Shown here one piece after another: positions 8,333 through 16,925 of a stretch of 64,000 nt of DNA. The DNA lies in NCBI RefSeq assembly GCF_048403405.1, contig NZ_CP183129.1; one strand, given 5' to 3'. The notes under the pieces are model-generated. The model worked only from the letters and a program-made list of their open reading frames with translations. It was not told the origin of the DNA and did no database searches. The DNA is from Escherichia coli. Lineage in GTDB: Bacteria; Pseudomonadota; Gammaproteobacteria; Enterobacterales; Enterobacteriaceae. Made by a program: the position numbers and the translations under genes. Numbering within the stretch: position 1 is the first letter of the stretch; every line of letters begins with the position of its first letter.

Positions 8333-9028
8333 CTAATTGACTTTTGCAATATCTCGCTGCAAAAATGCCGCTTTTTGTTGAGATCTCCTTTTCACAGTGC
8401 AAATCAGAGATTCGGTATCGAGGTTCATAAAAATGTCGAGTATTTCACGCCAGTAGCTCACATAATTGTGGCTCCAGTTGTCAGGCTTAATCCCACACAG
8501 ACGGGCAAGCTCCTGTTGCTGGTAGATATCATGTCCTATAACCCATCTCCTGACATCCTGTGCAGCCAGCCAGATTAATTTTTTCAGGCGTTCCTGTGTC
8601 TTCCCTGCAATTTTCCTGGTACCAGAGTGAGTCTTAAATTCTGTCCATGCCCACTGCGTTATCGCGATCTGATACTCCCAGCAAGTATTTCCGCTGTAAC
8701 ACCACAACAACCAGGCTTTATGATGTTCTTCAAGAGACAAAACAGCCCGCCGCCATGATGATGTAGAAAAAGCAACCTGACTGACCAGAGGAATTGACGT
8801 CCCCTTCGCCAGCGATTGTTTTCCCGGGATTGGTGGATTATCCCGCGTTATCATTTTTCCGGTCACTTCATCGCGGTACCGGATTTTTTTACGCCTGTAA
8901 CGCCCTGTATCGAACATGGCATTCTCCTGCCAGGCTTCAAGCTGACCTTTTGTTGCCCCACTCAAATCAGCGGTGGCGATAATGAGCTGCTCACGCACAA
9001 ACTGTAAATACTGGTTATTCATGCGCAC
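8333..9028 (-). CDS. putative late-gene antiterminator (Q-like)
   Basis: 231-aa protein directly downstream of rusA and upstream of terminator, tRNAs and lysis genes; assignment by position, not by a recognised motif. Confidence 0.45.
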   Translation of the reverse strand: MRMNNQYLQFVREQLIIATADLSGATKGQLEAWQENAMFDTGRYRRKKIRYRDEVTGKMITRDNPPIPGKQSLAKGTSIPLVSQVAFSTSSWRRAVLSLEEHHKAWLLWCYSGNTCWEYQIAITQWAWTEFKTHSGTRKIAGKTQERLKKLIWLAAQDVRRWVIGHDIYQQQELARLCGIKPDNWSHNYVSYWREILDIFMNLDTESLICTVKRRSQQKAAFLQRDIAKVN

Positions 9029-9378
9029 TCCAGTTCTGTGATTTTTATCCCCAGCCGCCCACCAGGAACGAGCTGACCGCGCACAATATTGATTTCATCA
9101 AACTGCTCGTCGTCTATAAGTAGTCCGGCATGCGTCAGCGCATCCAGTGGTGCCTTCAGGATATTGTCCAGGTCGCGGCGGCGCTTATCCGGTGGCTCTG
9201 CAATCACCTTTATCGCCAGCCTTCCGGACAGGCTTAATTTCAGCCGCTGCTGGCGAACAATAAGCGCCACAGCCCGGCGATAACGCTTTCCCTCCTCCGA
9301 GATAAAATATGTGCTGCCACGGCGTCGCCAGTAAGTGTTCACCGTCGGCGGGTAAGGTAAAACCAAATCTATGAGCAT
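9019..9378 (-). CDS. rusA: RusA Holliday-junction resolvase
   Basis: 119 aa; conserved PDKRRRDLDN and GGRLGIKITE segments match RusA as recalled. Confidence 0.85.
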   Translation of the reverse strand: MLIDLVLPYPPTVNTYWRRRGSTYFISEEGKRYRRAVALIVRQQRLKLSLSGRLAIKVIAEPPDKRRRDLDNILKAPLDALTHAGLLIDDEQFDEINIVRGQLVPGGRLGIKITELECA

Positions 9379-9390
9379 CAGTCACCTCTT

Positions 9391-10437
9391 TTACCCAAGC
9401 ACGCCAGTTGCAAAGGCGTGATCAAGAAAACGAAAAATTAAATCAACCTGAGAACCATGCTTTTCTTCGAACGCCAGAGGATCCGCATGAAGCTCGTTGT
9501 GATGCTCCCGACACAGCGGTAGCGTGAAAATATCGTGAGATTTTGTCCCCATTCCGCCCTGACCATGACCAATCAGGTGATGGGGATCGTCGGCTGGCTT
9601 ACCACAACACGCACACGGCTGTGTCTTCACCCAGCGTGTGTATTTCTCGTTAACCCAGCGGCGACGTTTAGGTCGTTTCATGAAAGATTCCGGAGACTCA
9701 GGATCAACGGCAATGCTGACCACCGTCTCTTCCTGTGGCGGGTTTTGCTGGTGGGCGTGAGGCAGCGGCGCAAGATTTTTTGTGCGCTGCTTCAGTATGC
9801 TGGTGGCGGTCTGCTCTCCCGGTACGATGTCGCTTTCACGGTACATTGAGCGGATTTTTTCCGCACGCAACCCCAGCGAACGACGTAATACCGCTTCCGG
9901 TAGCGCGTCCGCCACCTGATTGCGGACCGCCCACCAGGATAATTCAGCCAGCGATAATTCCCGTTCCTGCGAGCCATTCATTGCATGGCGTATGACGTCA
10001 ATCATCCATGCAGACAGGTTTTGGTGAGCAAGTTGCCCGAGTGATTCGGAGGTCTGGTCGCGCAGCTGGTTGTCGCAGTGCCAGCACAACACCATTGCGC
10101 CGGTACCATAACGGTGAATGACGGTTTCACTGTGGTGATAATCGCCGTGTGGCCACTGGCAGGATTTAACATGGCGCAGTAACCAATCAGACAATGCGCC
10201 AGCGCCACCAGCAGCACGAATCACTCGTTCGTCGCTGAAAAATGGCAGTAATGATTTATCCTCCGCCAGCGGCTGGCGAACGGCAGGAACGACCCCGGAC
10301 GGCAGATTACGCATGCTTTTCGGTTCCGGCTCCACCAGTACCCGGGTATTGTGGAATACCGGCATGGATTCACGGCCCGGCTTAACGATCACCAGCCCGA
10401 GTTCCGGTACCAGAACAGGTCGAAGTAATACCCGCAC
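9391..10437 (-). CDS. YdfU-like prophage protein (DUF968 type) with C-terminal Cys/His-rich motif
   Basis: 348 aa; CACCG...HHLIGHGQGGMGTKSHD...CREHHNELH cluster; position equivalent to ydfU in Qin. Confidence 0.6.
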   Translation of the reverse strand: MRVLLRPVLVPELGLVIVKPGRESMPVFHNTRVLVEPEPKSMRNLPSGVVPAVRQPLAEDKSLLPFFSDERVIRAAGGAGALSDWLLRHVKSCQWPHGDYHHSETVIHRYGTGAMVLCWHCDNQLRDQTSESLGQLAHQNLSAWMIDVIRHAMNGSQERELSLAELSWWAVRNQVADALPEAVLRRSLGLRAEKIRSMYRESDIVPGEQTATSILKQRTKNLAPLPHAHQQNPPQEETVVSIAVDPESPESFMKRPKRRRWVNEKYTRWVKTQPCACCGKPADDPHHLIGHGQGGMGTKSHDIFTLPLCREHHNELHADPLAFEEKHGSQVDLIFRFLDHAFATGVLG

Positions 10438-10438
10438 G

Positions 10439-10723
10439 TTACCTCCAGATGCGTTGCTGGAATGTGCGGGACGGACGCGGTGGGCGTTCGGAATAAGGGA
10501 GTCTGACGTAGATTATCCAGTGACGATAATCGAGGGTGAGGGCTTTCCTAAACTCATATCCACGTCTGCGGTAGTTATGAATCAGCCATTCGGCCTGTTC
10601 TTCAGTACAGGGATCGTGCTGATACCAGTCATATTTGAATGCGTGAGAACGCCACCCGTGCCTGCTGGCAAAGGCAGAATCAGAATTGCGAAATTTGAAA
10701 TTATGCGCCATTGTCATCTCCAA
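10439..10723 (-). CDS. hypothetical nin-region protein (94 aa)
   Basis: ORF abutting the ydfU-like gene (2-nt gap); Trp/Tyr/His-rich; no recognised family. Confidence 0.4.
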   Translation of the reverse strand: MEMTMAHNFKFRNSDSAFASRHGWRSHAFKYDWYQHDPCTEEQAEWLIHNYRRRGYEFRKALTLDYRHWIIYVRLPYSERPPRPSRTFQQRIWR

Positions 10724-10770
10724 TGGCGCTGCAGGTTGCCAGTTGTTCAGGCTGGCTCACGTATTATAAC

Positions 10771-10992
10771 TTATTCCCGAACTACCTTGAAACCGAGTCT
10801 TTCCAAGTATTCAATGAATGCCTCAACAGATAACACTACATGATCATCAGGAATTAACGCTGTGTAGGTAATACCCCCATTCTCAACGCGCACAGCATAG
10901 AGGCCATCTTCACTAAAAATTTCACGTAATTCTTCGATTTTCATCAACAGAATCCTTCCAGATAAATAGCACTCCCCCTGTTCGGGGTCCAT
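10771..10992 (-). CDS. hypothetical small protein (57-73 aa, start ambiguous)
   Basis: Two candidate ATGs (10992, 10944), each with a purine-rich Shine-Dalgarno. Confidence 0.4.
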   Translation of the reverse strand: MDPEQGECYLSGRILLMKIEELREIFSEDGLYAVRVENGGITYTALIPDDHVVLSVEAFIEYLERLGFKVVRE

Positions 10993-11077
10993 CCCTCTTC
11001 TCCCTGCGCGCTACTTAAGTATTTTTGATTCTATTCTGGCACCGTCCAAAACTTCAAACACGTTGAAAATAAAAACA

Positions 11078-11100
11078 AAAAACCCGCCGAAGCGGGTATA
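11078..11100 (-). terminator. strong intrinsic terminator ending the two-gene cassette
   Basis: Minus strand acccgc-ttcg-gcgggt then ttttttgtttttatttt; same hairpin core as 12921..12938. Confidence 0.7.
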
Positions 11101-11101
11101 C

Positions 11102-12208
11102 TCAAACAATCTGGAAAATATTTCTTGGATTTGTAATAGGTCTGTTGATGGAGAACAACTCACGAATTAAATCTTGGCTCAAGCCAGTTTTCATAAGAAT
11201 TCTTAGCCAGGTTGCATCATCCAGCATTTCAATCGCCTCGGCCAGCATGCCGGGTTCTTCAGGGCGCAAAAGTTCATCACCAGGTTCAACTCTCGTATAC
11301 CCTCTGGAATTAAGATGCATATAGCCAGTTCTTGCCTGTTCCTGGGTCAATAAGCCTAATGCGCTGGCTCGATAAATACACATTTTAAGGCTGATTTTCC
11401 ATCTAAGTTTAAATTCAACCAGAGCATTCCAGTCGAATTGCTTACCTCGTATTCGTGGAAATTCTTTAATGAAAGATAACCTGGGAACTAATAAGGCGCT
11501 CGAAAAGTGATCGGCTTGTGATTCCGTAAGTTTATCACCTGTCGTTATGCCCTCATGCATTACTAAATGCCCTAATTCATGACCTAAATCAGAGCGAAAT
11601 CTACATATGCTTTTTTTAACATTGTTCCTGATGATAACAGGCCTGTTATTGTGAACAGTAAAAGCATCAACACGATCATCGACTCCCGTAACATGCGCAA
11701 CGATTACCCCTAAACTCTCCGCCAATTTAACCATTGATGATATAGGGCCAAGACCTAAATTCCAGGCACGGCGACAATCTTCTGCCACTCGCTCAATATC
11801 ATTCGGAGTAAGTAATTCAGCCCCTGGGTGCTCCGGTATGTTAACGTCAGGAAATTCGATTTCACCTTCAACAGCAGAAATTATAATATTAAGAATCTCA
11901 GCCCTGGCCAATACACTATTAGTCAGCGTTTGAGTCCTGGACTTCTTACTCCGAAAATGGCAGACATCACTTTCCAGAGCGTATTTTCGTTCAGTAAAAA
12001 GAAAACTGGACTTAATCATAAGCGCTGAAGATATTAACTCAAGACATTGCTCCGATGGCCTGCACCCCTTCTCCAGTTTGCTAACGAATTGCTTTGTCTT
12101 GCCAATTTTTTCGGCTAACTCTTCACAAGAAAGCCCAACAGCCATTCTCGCTAGTTTGAGCTTATCACCCCGATACTCAGTGAAGTTATTCACCTGATGT
12201 TCCATCAC
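11102..12208 (-). CDS. HTH (XRE-family) + ImmA/IrrE-type M78 zinc metallopeptidase fusion protein
   Basis: N-terminal helix-turn-helix (LKLARMAVGLSCEELAEKIGKTKQFVSKLEKG); C-terminal HExxH (HELGHLVMHE); start overlaps the upstream gene by 23 bp. Confidence 0.8.
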   Translation of the reverse strand: MMEHQVNNFTEYRGDKLKLARMAVGLSCEELAEKIGKTKQFVSKLEKGCRPSEQCLELISSALMIKSSFLFTERKYALESDVCHFRSKKSRTQTLTNSVLARAEILNIIISAVEGEIEFPDVNIPEHPGAELLTPNDIERVAEDCRRAWNLGLGPISSMVKLAESLGVIVAHVTGVDDRVDAFTVHNNRPVIIRNNVKKSICRFRSDLGHELGHLVMHEGITTGDKLTESQADHFSSALLVPRLSFIKEFPRIRGKQFDWNALVEFKLRWKISLKMCIYRASALGLLTQEQARTGYMHLNSRGYTRVEPGDELLRPEEPGMLAEAIEMLDDATWLRILMKTGLSQDLIRELFSINRPITNPRNIFQIV

Positions 12209-12836
12209 TGCTCACATCCAAATCTTTATCCTTCGTACGCCGACGAAGAGGCACCTTATTAATCTCCGCTTCGTCAGGGAGTGTGTTATAATCAAGAGGC
12301 ATAAGCGGCATCGATGCTGTAGATTGATGAGAAACTATACTAATCTGAGCACCATAAGTATTAAATCCAACAAGAGCTACCTCCCAACGAGGCAGTGTGG
12401 ACTCTAATTCACCATCGCCCTCTTCGGATAAAAAAGGCTCAGCTATGACTCGCCATGTAATATCTTGCTCAGCCTCAACATCACCAAACAATGAGAGCTG
12501 CTCATACTCTACTTTATTTCGACGCAGACGATGTTTCTTTTTGGGGTTATTAATGCAATCTTTGGTAAATTGTAGCGGAACTTTATTTAAAGCAACTACA
12601 TAGTCCAACCCCTTGGAAATCATCTCAAGGCCAGGAATTGCATCTTCATTTTGAATAAGATGATTTCTGACCCAATCATAAGCCCTTACACCTTCAGACC
12701 AGTTGCTGTCTAATGCGTGCTTATGATAGTACAGCTGCTCAAGTACGTTAGCGATCTCCGCCAACAAGTGGCGAACATAGTTTTCAGCAAGATAAGGTTG
12801 AAATTCCCAACAAGGAGCTAACTGATTTTCATTCAT
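12186..12836 (-). CDS. hypothetical 216-aa protein with no recognisable domain, first gene of the cassette
   Basis: ATG at 12836; basic patch NPKKKHRLRRNK, acidic C-terminus; translationally coupled to the HTH-peptidase gene. Confidence 0.6.
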   Translation of the reverse strand: MNENQLAPCWEFQPYLAENYVRHLLAEIANVLEQLYYHKHALDSNWSEGVRAYDWVRNHLIQNEDAIPGLEMISKGLDYVVALNKVPLQFTKDCINNPKKKHRLRRNKVEYEQLSLFGDVEAEQDITWRVIAEPFLSEEGDGELESTLPRWEVALVGFNTYGAQISIVSHQSTASMPLMPLDYNTLPDEAEINKVPLRRRTKDKDLDVSSDGTSGE

Positions 12837-12861
12837 TTCAAGTTTCGCTTTTTTTAGAATT

Positions 12862-12890
12862 CGTAAACCACATATTTTCGCATTTTTCTA
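12862..12890 (-). promoter_or_regulatory. candidate sigma70 promoter for the two-gene cassette
   Basis: Minus strand TTGACA, 17-bp spacer, AAATAT, about 25 bp upstream of the ATG. Confidence 0.4.
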
Positions 12891-12914
12891 TTTTTGTCAA
12901 CCAGACTAATGCAA

Positions 12915-12942
12915 AAACCCGCCGAAGCGGGTTAAGTGCGGG
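12915..12942 (-). terminator. intrinsic terminator downstream of hokD
   Basis: Minus strand aacccgc-ttcg-gcgggtt then tttgc; same hairpin core as 11081..11096. Confidence 0.55.
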
Positions 12943-13001
12943 TGCGTTGAGGATGCCTGGCACATCAGAGGTGGCGGGAGATTACTCCCCCGCCGGGTCT
13001 C

Positions 13002-13157
13002 TTACTCCTCAGGTTCGTAAGCTGTGAAGACAGCGACCTCCGTCTGGCCGGTTCGGATTCGTACCTCGCAGAGGTCTTTCCTCGTTACCAGTGCCGTCAC
13101 AATGACGGTTAAACAGATGACGATCAGGGCGATTAACATCGCCTTTTGCTGCTTCAT
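13002..13157 (-). CDS. hokD: Hok/Gef-family type I toxin (HokD/RelF-like), with overlapping mok-like leader ORF to 13214
   Basis: MKQQKAMLIALIVICLTVIVTALVTRKDLCEVRIRTGQTEVAVFTAYEPEE matches HokD as recalled. Confidence 0.85.
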   Translation of the reverse strand: MKQQKAMLIALIVICLTVIVTALVTRKDLCEVRIRTGQTEVAVFTAYEPEE

Positions 13158-13394
13158 AGCCTGCTTCCCCTTGCCTTTCGGCACGTAAGAGGCTAACCTA
13201 CATTTGTGAGACATAGATTGGGCCTCAGATTAATGTTAAGCGTCTTGCAGGACGCGAAATGTTAACTGGGGCTTTTCTCTATCTGCCTTTCAGTGTTCAT
13301 GCCTGAGACAGATAGCCTCAAGCACCCGCAGCCATTCTACTTAACTCACGTCACCTCGCCAATATGAAATCAATCAGAAAGGTGATCCATAAAA

Positions 13395-14081
13395 TCACTC
13401 CTTCTCTTCTTTTCCGTAGTGGAGTTGGCCAATTTTGATAAGAGGGCGTCCCTGAGATTTGCGGTGTAGATTGGTATCGCGCAGAGAATACACACAGCCA
13501 CAATATTCCTGCTGATAGAATTTTTCGCGCTTGCTGATTTCAATCATACGGGACGAGCCGCCCTGCTTGCGCCAGTTATAATCCCAGTACACCATACCCG
13601 GATAATGCGCAACAGCTCGCCGCCCACACTCGTTAACCTGCTGCATATTTTTCCAGCGTGAAATGCCCAGTGAACTGCTGATCACACTGAAACCATTTTC
13701 AGCAGCGTACAACGCTGTCCGCTCAAAACGCATGTCAAAACACATGGTACAACGGATCCCCCTCTCAGGCTCCCATTCCATTCCTTTGGCACGTTCAAAC
13801 CAGTTGTCGGTGTCGTAATCAGCATCGATAAACGGCACGCCGTGTTGTTCAGCAAAGCGAATATTTTCATCCTTACGAATTAAATACTCTTTCTGAGGAT
13901 GAATGTTCGGGTTGTAGAAAAAGATGGTGTAGTCGATTCCCGAGGCCTGAAGCGCCTCCATCACTTCACCGGAACATGGAGCACAGCAAGAGTGCAGTAG
14001 TAGTTTGTTTGCCCCGTTTGGGAGCTCCAATTTAGGCCGTTTGAAATCAGCAATAGTCATAAATATTTTTATTGGGGTCAT
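13395..14081 (-). CDS. QueH-like (DUF208) epoxyqueuosine reductase homologue
   Basis: HSCCAPCS motif plus additional conserved Cys; 228 aa from ATG 14081; the ORF-track start at 14123 is a TTG inside the IS150 inverted repeat and is rejected. Confidence 0.7.
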   Translation of the reverse strand: MTPIKIFMTIADFKRPKLELPNGANKLLLHSCCAPCSGEVMEALQASGIDYTIFFYNPNIHPQKEYLIRKDENIRFAEQHGVPFIDADYDTDNWFERAKGMEWEPERGIRCTMCFDMRFERTALYAAENGFSVISSSLGISRWKNMQQVNECGRRAVAHYPGMVYWDYNWRKQGGSSRMIEISKREKFYQQEYCGCVYSLRDTNLHRKSQGRPLIKIGQLHYGKEEKE

Positions 14082-14135
14082 GAAAATAGCACAGAGTGTA
14101 GCATCAGAGTGTACTGACCCCAAAAAGTTGGACAG

Positions 14136-14987
14136 TTAAACACGAGGCATATAGGTCTGATTCCGATATTCAATTGGAGTCAGACCTTTTAATTTCAGGC
14201 TAATTCTTCTGCTGTTGTAGTATTCAATATATTCCGTAACAGCATCCTTCAGTTCGCTTATATTACTGAACTCATCAAGATAAAAACACTCCGACTTTAA
14301 GGTTCCAAAGAAACACTCCACCACAGCATTATCCAGACAATTGCCTTTTCTGGACATGCTTTGTTTAATACCATGTTCTTTAAGGATATTTTGATATCTT
14401 CTCATACGATACTGCCATCCCTGGTCAGAGTGCAGAACAGGATGCTCGTGAGGATTAAGCTTTTTGAATGCCTGATCGAGCATATTCTCAACCATGTTCA
14501 TCACTGGTCTTTCCGAAAGGCTGTAAGAAATAACTTCGTTGTTGAAGAGATCTATTACTGGAGACAAATACAGCTTGCGCCCATTGACTGCAAATTCAGT
14601 AACATCGGTAACCCACTTCTCGTTTGGCCGCGTAGCCTTGAAATCTCTTTGGAGAACATTAGGGGCGGTTTGCCCTACCTCTCCTCTGTAAGAGCGGTAT
14701 CGCTTGACCTTAATCGCTGCTTTAAGTGAGAGGGTTCCCATCAGGCGCTGAACAGCTTTATGGTTAATCTGTTTCCCTTCTCGATGAAGAGACAGCGTTA
14801 CCCTACGGTATCCGTATCGGCCTCTATTCTCGTGATAAATCTCACTAATACGCTTTTTAACGTCCGCATACTTGTCAGGCTTGCTGAGAGCCTTTAGATG
14901 ATAATAAAACGTACTGCGCGGTATCTCCGCAGCCCTGAGAAGCTCATCAAGAGGATAAAACTGCCTTAGCTCGTTGAGTACTTTCAC
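14136..14987 (-). CDS. insK: IS150 transposase OrfB (integrase/DDE domain)
   Basis: 283 aa; matches InsK as recalled; overlaps OrfA in the -1 frame. Confidence 0.9.
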
Positions 14988-15505
14988 TTTTTCGTGGGAT
15001 GAGCTAAGGCTTTCAGCTTTTTTAGATACATAAGCCGCGTTTCAAGAAATCGAACTTGCCTTTCAAGATCCTCAATGCGTCGGTCTTTTGACAGCTCCAA
15101 TGCTGATGCCGCTTTTTCTGGATCAACTGATATTGCAATGTTTCTTTTGGTGCCAATCTTGAGCGCGCGTAAACCAGCTTCTCCGCGCTCTTCATAGACC
15201 TTCAGCCACCTGGCTACAGAACCACTACCAGCAAGCATAAAGTGAGCAGCAGCCTGATTAAGGGACATGTGCTGCTCGATCACAGCTTTCACGACCTTAA
15301 TACGCAACTCTGGATCAGCACTAACGCCTTTAGGTTTGGGAATTAAACCTTTTTCTCCATGTTTTTCATAGAGGGCAACCCATGTCCTGACCTGGGTTCG
15401 GGGGACACCAAAACGTGCCGAGATGATCCTGTAACCATCATCAGTTGTGAAGTAGTGATTCACGACTTCAAGGCGCTTTTCAAAAGGGTATTTTGGCTTT
15501 GACAT
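14984..15505 (-). CDS. insJ: IS150 transposase OrfA (HTH)
   Basis: 173 aa; MSKPKYPFEKRLEVVNHYF... matches InsJ as recalled. Confidence 0.9.
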   Translation of the reverse strand: MSKPKYPFEKRLEVVNHYFTTDDGYRIISARFGVPRTQVRTWVALYEKHGEKGLIPKPKGVSADPELRIKVVKAVIEQHMSLNQAAAHFMLAGSGSVARWLKVYEERGEAGLRALKIGTKRNIAISVDPEKAASALELSKDRRIEDLERQVRFLETRLMYLKKLKALAHPTKK

Positions 15506-15680
15506 ATTAGGGGCTATTCCATTTCATCGTCCAACAAAATGGGTGCAGTACAGAGCAGGGCTATCGGGAATATATGTCTAAATCTGGTAATATCTGGTTT
15601 TGACGCAAAGCGGACAACCACGCTGGCTCTACCCTGCGCCATGAAAATGTCAATTCACATCTGAACTAATGCTCTTTAAT

Positions 15681-16121
15681 CTAGTAACGTCTAAAATACC
15701 TAACATTTCCTTGATAAAATGCCAGTACACGCTGCATAGCTTCGCTCTTCCGGCACTCGCGACAGATTATATTCAGGCGCCTGTCGTAGCGGCGTATTTC
15801 GCCGTCTGGTAACGACCAGATAAGGTCCGGATCAACCACTGCAGGTTTCTTCACCTTTGCCCTTGAGAGTTTTTTGCGAGCATTTTGCCAGTCCTTACGC
15901 GCCTGTTCAGACGGGAATAACCCGTAACCAGAGTTGTATACATCGCCACTGGCAACCAGCTCTCTGGCGAGAACACTCATCAGATATCTTGTCGCACCTG
16001 TCTTGGCTTCCAGTTGCCGCAACGTCTCGCGACCGCTCAGACGTACAAGTTCAACAACCTGCCCTTTAATTTTTTCCCGCTCTTCTTGTGTAAATACTTT
16101 TGCCATAAGCGCCTCCGGCAA
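15681..16121 (-). CDS. hypothetical prophage protein (146 aa)
   Basis: ORF abutting the 262-aa gene; Cys pair ICRECRK; no confident family. Confidence 0.45.
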   Translation of the reverse strand: MPEALMAKVFTQEEREKIKGQVVELVRLSGRETLRQLEAKTGATRYLMSVLARELVASGDVYNSGYGLFPSEQARKDWQNARKKLSRAKVKKPAVVDPDLIWSLPDGEIRRYDRRLNIICRECRKSEAMQRVLAFYQGNVRYFRRY

Positions 16122-16910
16122 TCACTTTTCCGATACAACACGGCGGGAAGAATCAGTAATCTGTCGAACAATATCCCGGTGCTTGTTCAGCTCCCGCAGC
16201 GCGGCGCAGACTCGCTCCCACTTCTGAACATCACTTTTCGCCCTGCGCAGCGCCAGGTTTGCCCTGCGAAGGGACGGAAAAATCAGCTCATCTGCTTGCG
16301 TTTCGGTAAACGATGGCAACGGCTGCACAATGTCCGCCACAGTTTCTGTTTTAATTTCTTCCTGTGTTGCGGCTTCCCGGACTGGTAACGCAGCACCTGC
16401 TGGCTGAGGAAAGGCCTTACCATCACTTTCCGTTACCAGCGCGGCTTTCGGCTCTGCTGGTAAATTATCGCCCGGCATGCAGTAACGAAATTTACCGTTC
16501 TGATTAACGCGTGCCAGCCGCCCCGTTGCGGTTACCACCGCCAGCGTGGAAGCAACCTTGCGAGTACTGACACCGAACTTACCCGCCAGTTCCTCACACG
16601 TTTTAGCCCCATCCTGACCGATAAACTCAATCATCATGTCTGCGGTAACTTTTTGTTCGACCTCCCCGGTCAGCATATCCTGTGCTTCAGATTTTACTGG
16701 CCGCTCTTCGGTTACCCGGGATTCACCTTCGCCAGCCAGAAACCAGGTGTGACCAGTTTTATCAACGACGCCTTTTCTTTTGAGTTCCCACAGCTCGTTG
16801 AGAACCTCTTCACGACTGATATCAAGTCGCGCGGCCAGTTCTACCGATGTGGCTTTTCCCATTGCTTTCAGTGCGTCAAATACGGTTTCCATTAAAATTT
16901 CCTCCGACAA
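16122..16910 (-). CDS. hypothetical replication-region protein (262 aa), possible winged-helix regions
   Basis: ORF downstream of the P-like gene; no P-loop. Confidence 0.45.
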   Translation of the reverse strand: MSEEILMETVFDALKAMGKATSVELAARLDISREEVLNELWELKRKGVVDKTGHTWFLAGEGESRVTEERPVKSEAQDMLTGEVEQKVTADMMIEFIGQDGAKTCEELAGKFGVSTRKVASTLAVVTATGRLARVNQNGKFRYCMPGDNLPAEPKAALVTESDGKAFPQPAGAALPVREAATQEEIKTETVADIVQPLPSFTETQADELIFPSLRRANLALRRAKSDVQKWERVCAALRELNKHRDIVRQITDSSRRVVSEK

Positions 16911-16925
16911 AATCGTTTCTCAGAT

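Larger units (their letters stand above)
14110..15552 (-). mobile_element. IS150 (IS3 family), complete copy with 3-bp target duplication GAG
   Basis: 1443 bp; imperfect terminal inverted repeats TGTACTG...; GAG at 14107..14109 and 15553..15555; two overlapping transposase ORFs. Confidence 0.9.

Noticed and set aside
12186-12836. Calling the 216-aa protein a defined toxin or assigning a known defence family
   Set aside because: No motif in the sequence supports any catalytic or structural family; only the partner gene's architecture is informative.
13395-14123. queH-like ORF apparently running into IS150, suggesting the gene is disrupted
   Set aside because: The start at 14123 is a TTG inside the IS150 inverted repeat and the in-frame upstream continuation beyond the IS hits a stop at once. 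The ATG at 14081 gives an intact 228-aa protein; the IS is upstream, not inside.
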